Assembly: GCA_951406725.2 (NCBI GenBank)
Contig: OX597821.1
Coordinates: 69,130,001-69,194,000 of the forward strand
Direction: 5' to 3'
DNA: 64,000 nucleotides
From: Octopus vulgaris
Lineage: Eukaryota
Under the pieces are notes generated by a model. It saw only the letters and a program-made list of their open reading frames with translations. It ran no database searches and was not told the DNA's origin. The translations under genes were made by a program, and so were the position numbers. Positions 37,649 through 50,524 of the stretch are shown here, one piece after another (the first letter of the stretch is position 1; each line of letters begins with the position of its first letter).

Positions 37649-37883
37649 GAGGGTGGCCAAAAAGTAGGTTTACAGTTATTCAACTATCTTTTTCACATTC
37701 ATATATTAATAGTTTAGGTCTTAATTATAAAAAGATATGAAACCATTATTCTATGTTAATTTAGTCAATTTTGTCAAGCTCCCTTTTCAGTTTGTAAGAT
37801 TGAAATTTAAATGTAATAAAATGTTTTAAAAGAAATTTAAAGTGCCTATGTGATAACTGTAAACCTACTTTTGGGCCACCCTG
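37649..37883. mobile_element. Tc1/mariner-type MITE
   Basis: About 30-bp TIRs GAGGGTGGCCAAAAAGTAGGTTTACAGTTA / TAACTGTAAACCTACTTTTGGGCCACCCTG, TA on both flanks. Confidence 0.88.
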
Positions 37884-38418
37884 TATATTTTAAAACAGAA
37901 CGGTGAGTTAAACACTGAAACTATTGAACAGTTTGTTTTGATAGTTTCACTGTTTAGTTTTCTTTTGGTAAATTGGAACTTCATTTGGCACTTCACCTAT
38001 AGACAGTTACTAAAGCATGGTTGAAACGGTGTTGGAAAATTGTGCTATGTCTATAAACTTAAATTTTAGTGAACTTTTTTTTTTACAGATGATAACAATG
38101 GTAATCCTTTCACAAGCATCACTGGGCTATGCTCAACGTTTTCCCCTTTATCATTAAATGTTAAGTTATTGAGAGATAGATGTTCCGAATTATAGGATGC
38201 TTGTTAACCTTTTCTCCAGGTAAAGTGTAAGACAGTAGTGCAAATAAAAACAGTTGTAGATTCCACCTTTCTGTCGTAGCTACTGAATGAATTTGACTGT
38301 TTACAAGTTAAGCATCTGGTCATTAACCCAGTAGAATATCAAGCGTCATGATGCAGTCACTGGAAATTTGGTCATTTTTTTTGTTAACTGGCCTGGTCAT
38401 TTGTGTTTTTTTTTACAG

Positions 38419-38441
38419 ATGATTTAAGCCAAAATATTGCA
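38419..38441 (+). other. Candidate 23-nt micro-exon
   Basis: TTTTTTTTTACAG acceptor, GCA|GTAAGT donor; only open frame is phase 1 to 0 (xDLSQNIA). Confidence 0.3.
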
Positions 38442-39312
38442 GTAAGTGTCTAGCAAAAGGTTAGGTCATTAAAGTGCTTTTATGTTTTAAAATTTAGGTC
38501 AACTGTCTTCTCTCTTTGAGAGAGCTCATAGTTTTGTTTGTATTGGCAGAGGAGTGCAAAATTTTTCAGCAACGTCAACAAACAACATCAATTGGTACTA
38601 TCAAATATAAATAAATTTTAAGTTTCATCCTCTTTTTATTTCTAATTTTATATATTTTTTCTATCTTGATAAAGTCCGATGTCACTTCTGATCTAATCAG
38701 ACCTATTATCAAATTGTTGTTTGTGCATCCCATGTTGTTTTTTTTTTTAAGATGTAGTATATTTAAGACCACATTGACCAATGTGTTCTTCTGTAGGTAA
38801 TGTATGGTTTATGGAAGATGTGGCTGCTATTGCTGGCAGGTCAAGAAACCACGTAGAGACTCTTGTCAATTTACTATAAAGTAAGTTTGATCACAATCAC
38901 AAAGTGTTGTTACTTTACTGAAGTTGGAAAACCACTAAAAATACCAGCATAGCAGAATTAAAACTGAATTCCTTAAGTGTTTTTTTCATTTCCGGCATTG
39001 ATAGAGTCTCTGGAATATGGCCTCTCTTAAGTATATGGATAATATTTCTTCAACCATTGAAATATGTTGGCAAACTATATTATATGTATATGTTCTGTAG
39101 TATATAGACTTGAGATTATTTATATTCAGTTTGTGTAATAAGATCTTAATCCCATACTGGATTTTATACAGTTCAGATGTTATTGCGGTCACTGTATCCT
39201 TCAATGATGAATGAATCACTGTGTGTGGGTGGGAGTGTGTGTGTGTGCATGTATGTTGTATGTATGTATGTATGAGTATGTGTGTGTGCATATATATGTG
39301 TGTGTGTATGAT

Positions 39313-39350
<38 letters not shown>

Positions 39351-40109
39351 TATATGTGTGTATGTATAAATGTATTTATGTGCATATGTGTGTGTGCTTG
39401 CATGTGTGTTTATAAAATGTATATATTCATTCACAATCTGTGTCTGTTTATATAAAGACAAACACATTTGTAGAATTTTCCTCCCTCAGTGATTCAATTG
39501 GTAATATTTATGCCATTCCTAAAGACAGTAGAAAAATTTAAGTAAACCAGTACAGGCAGGCATTTAAAAATTGGTTCAGACCTTGTCTAATCTCTCTCTC
39601 TCCCACACATGCTTACACATTCAGGTCATTTTATGCCAATGTTTATTTTAATAGCAAAGTATTGGGAGTGTTCAATATATATCTAGATTGAAAATATGTG
39701 CGTGCTTGCACATGCGTACTGTAAGTTCATGCATATACTGAGCTAGATTAATATATACACACATAAAGACCTTTTGAAGTTAGGCCAAATTTTCACACTG
39801 GCTTTTCTGGAATCAGTGACATGTTATTTGTGTAGAGGCCCTTCATAATTAATTATTCAATATTTAGAACTCCAGGGTCCCATAAAACCAAACTAGAGCT
39901 TTTCTGTCTTTAATTTCCTTTTTTTTTTCCTTTTTTCTTCTCTCCCCCGCTTCAAACAGTGTATGAAGAATTTTAATTCTGTAGTCTGCTAGTTATAAAA
40001 CAGCAGTACCATATATGGGCATTTCCGTGTATGCAAGGCTATCTTCAATAATAATGATTTCAAACACTATATTTTCATATTATTATTATTATTACTATTA
40101 TTATTATTA

Positions 40110-40356
40110 TAATGGTGGTCAACTGGTAGAAACGTTAGCGCTTCAGACAAAGTGCTTAGTGGCAGTTCTTCTGATTTCCCATGTTGCTGAAGTCGACTTT
40201 ATCTTTCATTCTTTCAGGGTCAATGAAATAAGTACCAGTTATGCACTGGTGTTGATGTAATCGACTAGCCCCTCTCCTCCCATTTCAGGCCTTATGCCTA
40301 TAGTAGAAAGGATTATTACTATTATTATTTTTTTTATTGTTGTTATTATTATTATT

Positions 40357-40428
<72 letters not shown>

Positions 40429-40647
40429 GTTGTTGTTGCTGCTGCTTTGTTTTGTATGAGTTGTTCCAAGTGCCACCCAGAGACCTCAAGTAATAGCAAG
40501 CTGGTTGCTTTGCTATGGATATTATTTATGAGTAGCAATGATATATTGCAAGAAAAAGGAGGCCAATACTGAGAATTAAAATTTCATAATAATAATAATG
40601 AGCTGCACTCGGTAGTGCAGTGAAAGTATGTGATAAAAATAAGACTA

Positions 40648-40698
<51 letters not shown>

Positions 40699-41275
40699 AT
40701 TATTATCAGTCAAGTACCAAAGTTATTATCAACTATACCCCACTACAAATTTCTGGCCTTGTGCCTATGTTAGGAATTATTTTTATTAGTGTTTTGTTGT
40801 TGTTACTATCATCAATCATTATTATTACTTAGCATACGAGCAAAATGCTTAATAGCATTTCATCTGTCGTAACATTCTGAGTTCAAATTCTGCTGAGTTG
40901 GACTTTTCCTTTCATCCTTTCAGGGTCGATAAAATAAGTACCATTTGAGTGCTGGGGTCAATGTAAACAACTGGCATTGATGTAATTGACCCCTGCCCTT
41001 GAAATTGCTAGCCTTGTGCCAAAATTTCGAACCATTATTATTATTACGAAGGTGGAGAACTGGCAGGATTGTTAGTGTCTTCCACCAAATGCCTAGCAGC
41101 ATTTCTCCCATCTCTTTACATTCTGAGTTCAAATTCCGCCAATGTCAACTTTGCCTTTTATCCTTCTGGGGTTGATAAAAAAATAAGTATCAGTTGAGCA
41201 TTGGGCTCGATGTGATCATCTAGCCTCCTTCCACAAATTTCAGGCCTTGTGCCTAATGAAAAGAATTATTATTAT
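40110..41275 (+). mobile_element. Array of Nin/Deu-like SINEs interleaved with (ATT)n/(GTT)n/(AAT)n microsatellites
   Basis: Several full or partial units; compound trinucleotide repeat at 40310-40445. Confidence 0.75.
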
Positions 41276-41288
41276 TATCATCATAAGC

Positions 41289-41449
41289 ATAGGAGTGGCT
41301 GTGTGGTAAGTAGCTTGCTTACGAACCACATGGTTCCGGTTCAGTCCCACTGCATGACACCTTGGGCAAGTGTCTTCTACTATAGCCTTGGGCTGACCAA
41401 AGCCTTGTGAGTGGATTTGGTAGACGGAAACTGAAAGAAGCCTGTCGTA

Positions 41450-41510
<61 letters not shown>

Positions 41511-41744
41511 ATGTATGTGTGTGTGTGTGTGTGTGTATACATTTGTGTGTCTGTGTTTGTCTCCCCAACATCACTTGACAACCAATGCTGGTGTGTTTAC
41601 ATCCCTGTAACTTAGCACTTTGGCAAAAGAGACCAATAGAATAAGTACTAGGCTTATAAAGAACAAGTCCTGGGGTCGATTTACTCGACTATAGTTGGTG
41701 CTCCAGCATGGCCACAGTCAAAATGACTGAAACAAGTAAAAGAG
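41289..41744 (+). mobile_element. tRNA-derived CORE-type SINE, full length
   Basis: Closely similar to 28860-29300. Confidence 0.88.
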
Positions 41745-43522
41745 TATCATCATTGTCATATTTCTGCATACCTTTATATTTCTCATTTCAAGTCCTGTTG
41801 GGTTTTACATTACCTTTCTTCCTTTTGAAGTTGATAAAATAAAGCACCTGTGCAGCCCTGGAATTGATAGTACTTACTATCCTACTTCAATCATTACTAC
41901 TTATTGGGTAGTGAGGGTTCATTCAATTTGTCTAGGCTCTGAACCTATAAATTTTGAGTGCTATATTTATTTCATGGAATCTCTGCTTCTCTGCATTTCA
42001 TGGAATAGCACCTGGTATTGTTAATGTTAGCTTTGAGAGTCATTCTTTATTTGACCAGTGCCTTGTGAGTGGATTGGTTGAGGGAAATTGTGTGTGTGTA
42101 TATGTCATCCTCATCGTTATCATGTTGTCCATGCTGCAATGGTTTGGATGGTTTGATCAGGGCTGGCAAGCTGGAAAGCTACACCAGACTCCAGTCTGAT
42201 TTGGCATGATTTCTATGGATAGATGCCCTCCCTAATGTCAACTACTCCATGAGTGTAATGGGTGCCATTTGCATGACACCAGTATCTACCATGATTGATT
42301 TTGCTTGGCTTGATGGGTCTTCTTCTCAAGCACAACATAGTGCCAAAGGTCTTGGTCATTGCCTCTGTGAGGCCCAACACTTGAAAGGAACTTTTCATGT
42401 GCTACTGGCACCAGTCACTTTGACTCCATGTAGCCCAATGCTCGAAAGGTGCTTTTTACATGCCACTGGCATGGCTACCAGTTATGTGACACCAGCATCA
42501 GCCATGACTATGATTTCACTTGGCTTGAGGGGGTCTTCTCAAGCACAGCATATGCCAAAGGTCTCAGTCACTAGTCATTGCCTCTGTGAAGCCCAAAATT
42601 TGAAGATCATGCTTTACCACTTCGTCCCATGTCTTCCTAGGTCAATCTCTGTCACAGGTTCCCTCCACAATTAGAGATTGGCACTTCTTTACACAGCTGT
42701 TTTATATCATCATCATCATCATCGTTCAACGTCCACTTTCCATTCTGGCATGGGTTGGACGGTTTGATCGAGGACTGGCAAGCCAGTAGGCTACACCAGG
42801 CTCCAATCTGATGTAGCAGGGTTTCTACAGCTGGATGCCCTTCCTAACGCCAACCTCTCCAGGAGTGTAGCGGGTGCTTTTTATGTGCCACTGGCATGGG
42901 AGCCAGTTGTGGGGCACTGGCACTGGCCACATTTGGATGGTACTTTTTACATGCCACCAGATTAGTGTATATATGTGTTTGTGTGTATGTGTGTGTACAT
43001 GTTTGTCCCCCCACCACCACTTGACAACCAGTGTTGGTGTGTTTATGTCTCTGTAACTCTAAGCCATTTGGCAAAAGGACTGATAGAATGAGTACCAGGT
43101 TTGTTAAAAGAAAAAAATAAGTACTGGGGTTGATTCTTTTGATTAAAAATTCTTCAAGGCGGTGCCCCAGCATGACCGCAGTGTAATGCTTGAAACAAGT
43201 AAAAGATAGAGGATATCTACCTCTCACATGGCAAATTTGTTTATTTGCTGGTTTTATTAGTATTTTTTTTTTTTTTTTGTGGGGAGGATGTTGTGACTTG
43301 ATTAATTTTTGTGCTCATTTGATAAAATAAAATCAGGAAAAAATTTTAAAAATTAGAACTGCAAACAAAATATTCTTACTTCTGCTTAATTCTTTTAAGA
43401 GTTGTGTCTTGCAAAAACTCAAGAGAATTTCTCCAAATATTTTCTGAGTTTTTCCAACAAATTTCTAAGGACTGATATCAGAAAAAGAAATAACAAATAA
43501 TAATAATGATAATTTCTTTGAA

Positions 43523-43562
<40 letters not shown>

Positions 43563-44920
43563 TAATAATAGCTGTAGTAAAAGCAAACTGATATTCAGTT
43601 GCTGTTTATTTTAAACTAATCTAGAACTACTTTTTTCTTTTGATGAATTCCTCTGCCAATTTTAAATAAACAGTTTATTTCGACATCGACCTCTACCAGT
43701 GCTTTAAGCTCTCTGAGATTCACTTGTAGAAGTTCACCATTGTAATATGTCCATTTAGGAAGTGAGGTGCTCGCTGACTCAGGGTTATCTCCTACCATTT
43801 ACAGTTTCTTCTTATTAAAACAAATATGCCATTAGCATTCTTGTCCTTTTCTGAGCCCTTCATATTCTTATCGCCTCCACTGACCCATGTGACTTACTGA
43901 AAAGTTCAAGAGTGAAATGTGCTTCCCAGTTTGAGGTTTCAGGAATATTGAAGTTTTATTTATTTCCCTCCTCTTCCCCACACCTCTCTCCGCCTCAGTG
44001 CTGCACTCATCTGACCTTCAAATTCTAATTACACTTGCTCATGAGGTTATTTCTGCTATAATTCAGTTGTTTGTTTTTTATTATTATTTTTTTTTCACTT
44101 CTGTTTTCTTCCACCAACTCATTTATATCTAGTTCTGATAAAAAGAGAATGTCATTAAAAAATATTTAAACATCTGTCTTTGGAATTTTAATGATAAATA
44201 ATGATATCTCTCTGAGGCAAAATGCCAATTTTTGTAAAGTGGGGAGGAGGAGCACAGTTGATTGAAGGTGATTGTTTTTCTCTTTCCTTCTCTCTCCATG
44301 TCTTACTGGTACTTTCTTCTTCAGTTTTTATGGGAAGAAGAACTAAAATTATGCCGGTATCAACTGAACATATTTAAAGATAAATAATAGTGGTTTATTA
44401 CGTAGGCTGGAAGAAGATTGGGAAGACTGTGATATTTATGTCCTTCCCAGGAGCATTAACAAATTAAATGACGTCAAATGATTCAGACCAGAATTAGAAC
44501 AGGATTGTGAACTTTGCTTACTTGAAGCTGTTTATGAAATTTGCTTGCCCGACTTTGCCTTTACTGTGTAAGAATCACCTTAATGGCCTCGGATTTACAA
44601 GGATTGCAAATTTGAATAAATTTGAATGCCACCACAGGGTAAAAGCAAATTTTAATGTTTCAAGCAAAGAATTTCAAAATGGTTCCGAGAACTGTCATGA
44701 TTTATACTGAAAACTTCCAAAAAACAGATATTTATCTTTTATTTTTTGTCTTCTATCTTTTACTCATTTCAGTCATTGGATTGCAACTAGTTTGGGGCTC
44801 CACCTCGAAGGGTTTTAGTTGGATTAATTGACCCCAATACTTAATGTTTCTTTTTTTTTTTTGTGTATGATACCTATTTTCTTTTTTTTTTCACCACTAA
44901 GTTACAACAATGGTTGTTAA

Positions 44921-45163
44921 CCCTTTCGTTAGCAACCCAGCTGAAACCAGCTCTGGCTCTGTAGTACAAATGTTTTGTTTTTATAAGTTTTGAATTAAAA
45001 TCTCAAACCTTAGTCACAATTTGGGTTCCTAACACTAGCTTAATGATAACTTTGATAGGTTTCGGCCAGTATAAGCCCAGGCCATGTCTAACTTAATAGC
45101 ACCACCTAGTAAATAAGTGAAAGAAACACAGAGCATCTCAAAATAAATACAGTAACAAAAGGG
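44921..45163. mobile_element. piggyBac-type MITE (opposite orientation to the 19210 copy)
   Basis: TTAA|CCCTTTCGTTA ... AGTAACAAAAGGG|TTAA. Confidence 0.85.
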
Positions 45164-48100
45164 TTAAGCAGTGGAGGAGGGATCAAATTTACTCACAAGG
45201 CACTGGTTGGCTCAGGGCTATAGTAGAAGACACTTGCTCAAGGTGCCATGTAGTGGGGCTGAACCTGAAACCACATAGTTGCACCTTCTTAACCACATAG
45301 CCACGCCTGTGCTGAAATATTTTATTTTCGCTTATAATGACATTCACTTCTTATCAGAATTAGATATAAAATGAGTTAATGAAAGAAAATAGGAGGGGTT
45401 TGGGGGAGAAGCAAAACAGAAGTAAACAACTGGTGTGACTGCGTGGTAAGAAGCTTGCTTCCTAACCACATGCTTCTAGGTTCAGTCCCACTGTGGCCCC
45501 TTGGGCATGTGTCTTCTACTATAGCCTTGGGCGGGTTTGATAGACAGAAATTAGAACAAGCCCACTGTGTGTGTGTGCTTGTCCCCCCACCACTGTGTGA
45601 CAATTGGTGTTGGTGTGTTTATGTCCCAATAACTTAGCAGTTTGGCAAAAGAGACTGATAGAATAAGTATCAGGCTTAGCACCCCCCCCCCCAAAAAAAA
45701 AATTAAGTACGGGGGTTGAATCATTTGGCTAAAAGTTTTTCAAGGTGGTGCTCTAGCATGGCTGTAGTCTAATGATTGGAACAAGTAAAAGATAAAAGAT
45801 AGCTGAATTATAGTAGAAATAACTTAATGAACAAGTGTAATTAGGCTAGATTTTAAAAAATGTGTTGAGACAAGGACTTTAAAGAGAAGCTTTGCTCAAA
45901 ATTGAAACTCCATGGCTCCTTATAGTATATGAATATATTAAAAATTGAGATTTGTTTTTGTATGACTTAAGCCAATATGGAATACTGCTAGTTTCCTTGA
46001 ACTCTGGTTTTTATCTCAGATTTACAGGAATGAGAAAAATTAGATTGTGTGTTGTTTATGCTATAAATAGCGGGTAATTGTTAATTGGAGAGAAATGGCT
46101 GTAACTGGGGATCAAAACCGGGTCACAAATTTGGCATGCCTTAACCCATTAGTATTTCAGATTACCCTGTCAAATATACTAATTTATTCACATTGATTAT
46201 TTTGAATTAATCATGCATTATTTCATGGCTTCGAGATTTCAATATGATGAAATTGTTTACTTTCAGAAAAATATTGTTGGGTAGGTGTGATAGGCTGGAT
46301 GTTGTCAATTTGAAAATAAGACACCTATTTATAATCTGAGCTATTACAATTAGTGTGTAGTTTCTGTTTTCTGTTTTAGAGCCTCCCCTTGTTGTAAAAT
46401 TGTCTTCTTTTTCGTTTGATTTGGTGTTGACTAGTATTAAATCTGTAATGTTTAGTGTATAGCAAAATCTGAGTACTAAGCCAATCTTGTTTAGAGTGTA
46501 TATTGTTAATGTATGACTGAGACAGTCCTATATAGAATCTGTCCTGTTTAATGTATAGTAAAATCTGTCATGTTGAGCTAGTCTAGTAAAGGAGGTGTAC
46601 GGTCTTTTATCTGCACGTGTCTCTGTCATTGGACTGTGGCCATGCTGGGATACCACTTTGATGGGTTTAGTCAAATAAATTAACCCTAGTACTTATTAAG
46701 TTCGATACCTATTCTATCATTCTATTTTGTTGAACCACTAAGTTATGAGGATGTAAACAAGCAAACAGCAGTTGTGGGAGATACAAAGACATACACACGC
46801 ACGTACACACATACATATGCGCATGCATACATACATACATACATAGTGGGCTTCCATACAGTTTCTGTTTCCCAAATTCACTGACAAAGCATTGGTTGGG
46901 TCAGAGCTATAACTGAAAATACTTGCCCAGGGTATTGCACAGTGGAACTGAATCCAAAACCACATGTTTACAAAGCAAGCTTCTTAACTACACAGCCATG
47001 CAAAATTGTGCCAAATGCTGTATTTGTGTTTATGCTGTCATCATTTTCTTCATCTCTCTGTGTGCTCATCTTTTTCTAGAGTCAGTTTTGCCTATCATCC
47101 TATTTACCCCACCCCAATAGAGTGGAGTGGTTGGTGTCAGTTAGTTTTATTGACATCTCAGCAGATGCGTCTTCATATAATATTATTCATGAGCCAGTGA
47201 TGAGGACTCTATTATGTGATCACTTGATCTGCCTGAAAAACCAGCCAAATCACTTTCAAATTTGCACCCTAATATTTTGAAAAGAAAAGGGTATATATAA
47301 AATAACATAGTCCTGTATGCATGATGACCAATGATCTGGTCGAGATTGTCGTCATTGCAACCATCATTATTATTACTCATTGCTTTATTATCTTTATCAG
47401 CTATGACATTCTCACAATTTTAAAATAAAAGCTTATTTTTGCCACTAAAAAAAAAAAAAAAAAGCCCCCAGCTATTACAACACCACCACCAAAATAACTC
47501 TGAAGTTCTTTTGAAAGAATGTTTGTCCCTTAAAATAGTGAAGAGTTAGCAAATTTGATAATTAAATTCAAGTACGTAACATAATGGATGTAGACGAGGA
47601 TCTGTGGTTAAGGTTTTGGGTTCATTCCCATTATATGGTACCTTGGGAAAGTGCCTTCTGCTATAGTCTCAAACTGAACAAAGCCTTGTGGATGATTTTG
47701 GTTGACAGAAACTGAAAGAAGCCCATCATGTGTGTGTGTGTATTTATATGTACCTTTGTCTAGATATCACATGATGGTTGTAAATGAGCATCTTTGCCAT
47801 GCAAGCAAAGTTGTTTATTTCCTGTCATCTATGAAAAATATGTTTGGCTATAGGGAAATATTGCCTTGCTTGGAAGCAGGTGAGGGTTGGTGACCAGGAG
47901 GGCCTCAACAAATTCCATCTCGTCTATGCCAGCATGGAAAAGTGGACAATAAATGATAGTAATAACTATTCTTTTTGGTTTATAAGGTGGTTGTTTCTCA
48001 TTAATACTCTTGTGTTCTCCATCTCCTTTCACCAACACCTTCAGCATTTTCTTTCATTTCTTCCTCATTCTATCATATTTGTTCTTTTACTCCCCATTTC

Positions 48101-48637
48101 TTCTGCTTTTACCTGAAACAATTCCAAGTAACTCTTCTGTACTTCTTCTAATGGCTCAATGTTTAGAGATGCAGAATATCATAGTCCCTCTTCTCCCATT
48201 AGGAAGTGCTATTCTTGTCTCTCTTGGTTTATCTTAAAATGAAACAAAATAACAAACATCCTCCCCTTCCATATGCTCTTCTTCTTCCGTCTCCCTCTTA
48301 TATATTTTTCCCCTCCATATCCCACACATATTGTTATCTTGTCCTCAGTCTGCTTTCTCAACATCTTTTGTGAGTGAGACCTGCAGTAGTTTATATCTCT
48401 CTAAACAGCAACTTGGCCTGCGCCTTCTATTTTGTTTTCTTCTCTGTTCAGCGATGATTATAATGATGGGCTTTTAATTAATTCCATATGTCTACTTATT
48501 GCAAGGACTCCCCACACTTCACAGAAATAAATGGTGCTCCTTCTTATGTGTGATAGGCAGTTGTCGGAACTTTTAGCTCCCTATGTATGAGCTTTTTAAT
48601 AAATATCATTTTTTTGTTTAATGCATGTTACATCCCA

Positions 48638-48708
<71 letters not shown>

Positions 48709-49199
48709 CATGATAAGTAAACTTAATCTTTGCAAGTTTTTTTGTCTCTATAAAAGGTATATCTGAATTATGTGAATTGGAATTGAGATTTTTCAGTTGC
48801 AATGTAATAATGGGGAAACATGTATATTTTTAAACATATAAATGTGCAAGCTTATACAGTTTTTATGACATTATGAAAAATAATCATTTTTAAAAAATTC
48901 AATTCAATTTAATTTTATTGAAGTGGTTTAAGTTTTGCTCCAGTATGTACTTTTAAAAATATTTGTGTGTGTGTGTGTGTGTGTGTGTAGTATCATATGT
49001 AAACAGAATAACATTCATTGCATATAATGACTGGAAGAGCATTCAACTGTAAAGAGGCAAAATAACTGCTTTGATAAAAATCATTCCCTCGGTGTTAGCA
49101 TTTAGAAATGAATGTGAAATGACAAAACCTACCACTTTATGATCTGTTATTCCCTCATTGGACAAAACAACAAAAATAGCTACAAAGGCTAAAATTAGT

Positions 49200-49450
49200 A
49201 ATGAAATCTCCCTCAGAGATTTACTTTTTATAACCTCTGACCCACAGATGGTATTGTGTCTTCTCCTTCTCTGGTCTGTTGGTACTATAAGGGCCTTTAC
49301 TCCTTCCTCTGAACTAGCCAGTGGCATACCCTCCTTCTGAAACCCACTTGATGTAGTTTTTCCCTCTTATAGCATATATTGTTTAGGCATTAGTAACCGT
49401 TCTTTCCAATGTCCCCCACTCAAGAGCATCAGATCTCTGGAATTTTCTTC
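49200..49450 (+). mobile_element. Ancient CR1/L2/Jockey-group LINE 3' fragment
   Basis: IVSSPSLVCWYYKGLYS..ELA resembles the RR.V..L.LFYRYY.G.CS.EL C-terminal motif; heavily decayed. Confidence 0.35.
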
Positions 49451-50524
49451 ATAATCAACATTTTTCTGCAGACCTCACCTTGAAGTGGCTCAAATTGAAC
49501 ATTAGCTGAATCAGACTCATGAGTCTCTTGAGAGTTTGCAAAGATTATAGGTACTAGCCTACATCCTGACCAAGCTATACAAAAAATTGACACCATACTG
49601 TCTTAAAAAAGAGAAGACACATTAAATAATGTAGTCCTAGATACTCTGTACATGTAAATAAAAGACAAAAATCGTAGATGGAATGCCTATGATCATTAGA
49701 GCTGTTAGATCAGGGTTGACCTGAGGCCAGAAAATAAAATATAATTGACAACAACAAAATTAATGAGCAGCATGTGTCCTTGATATATCTTCAACAAAAC
49801 TCACTGCTTTGAATTACATAATTTTAGAGTAACACAAGTGTCAGAAAGTAGTGTGAGAAACTAGTTTAGTAATGTTTAAAAGTTTTTTTTTCCCCCCTCA
49901 AAATCTGCTAGCGAAAGGAACAAGAAAGAACACCTGTAAAAAAAAACAACAATAAAAACTGCTGCTTACATGTATGTCAGTAATAATAGCCTAACATCAT
50001 GATTAGTCATTGCATAGTAATTATAATAGGAGCTATAGAATTAAAACTTTAGCTAAATAATCTGCTACACACTCGGAAGCTTTTAAAAAAGAAACCTATT
50101 TGGTTTCTCAGGGCTGTTGTTAGTTGTTAAATGTTACGTTTGCTTCCAGTTATGTTTAACTTTGGTTGTAAACACTAGTTGTAAATACTGGTGAAACTGG
50201 TTTATTCTGCTGGGGAACAACTGAACAGTATTGAATGCATGTTCATATTTACATATATATATATATATATATATATATGCATATATCTTTGGTAAGCACT
50301 GTGAAATAGATGTAAGCTCTAGACAAAAACCAAATCTGCAGTCTTTTTCACTTTCTAGTTGTAGCCATTTTACTTTGATTGGGTTGCTTGTGCCTTTTCA
50401 GAAAGGCATGAATATCACTCAGTCTTATTTCCTGCATCTCCATAATTTTGAAGTCTAGTGCTTCAATAAGGAAGTATTTTTGTTGTTGTTAAGTAATGAG
50501 CTGGCAGATATAGTACTATTTCAT

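Noticed and set aside
38797-38886. AG...GTAAGT bounded 84-nt exon candidate
   Set aside because: The sequence belongs to a dispersed repeat family, and its most plausible frame ends in a stop.
40239-40572. Poly-I/V/N/T ORFs, and the many HTHT/CVCV/YIYI ORFs across the window
   Set aside because: These are translations of microsatellites and SINEs.
48349-48369. 21-nt micro-exon candidate (CTCAG...|GTGAGT)
   Set aside because: Weak acceptor and weak exonic donor context; expected by chance in 64 kb.
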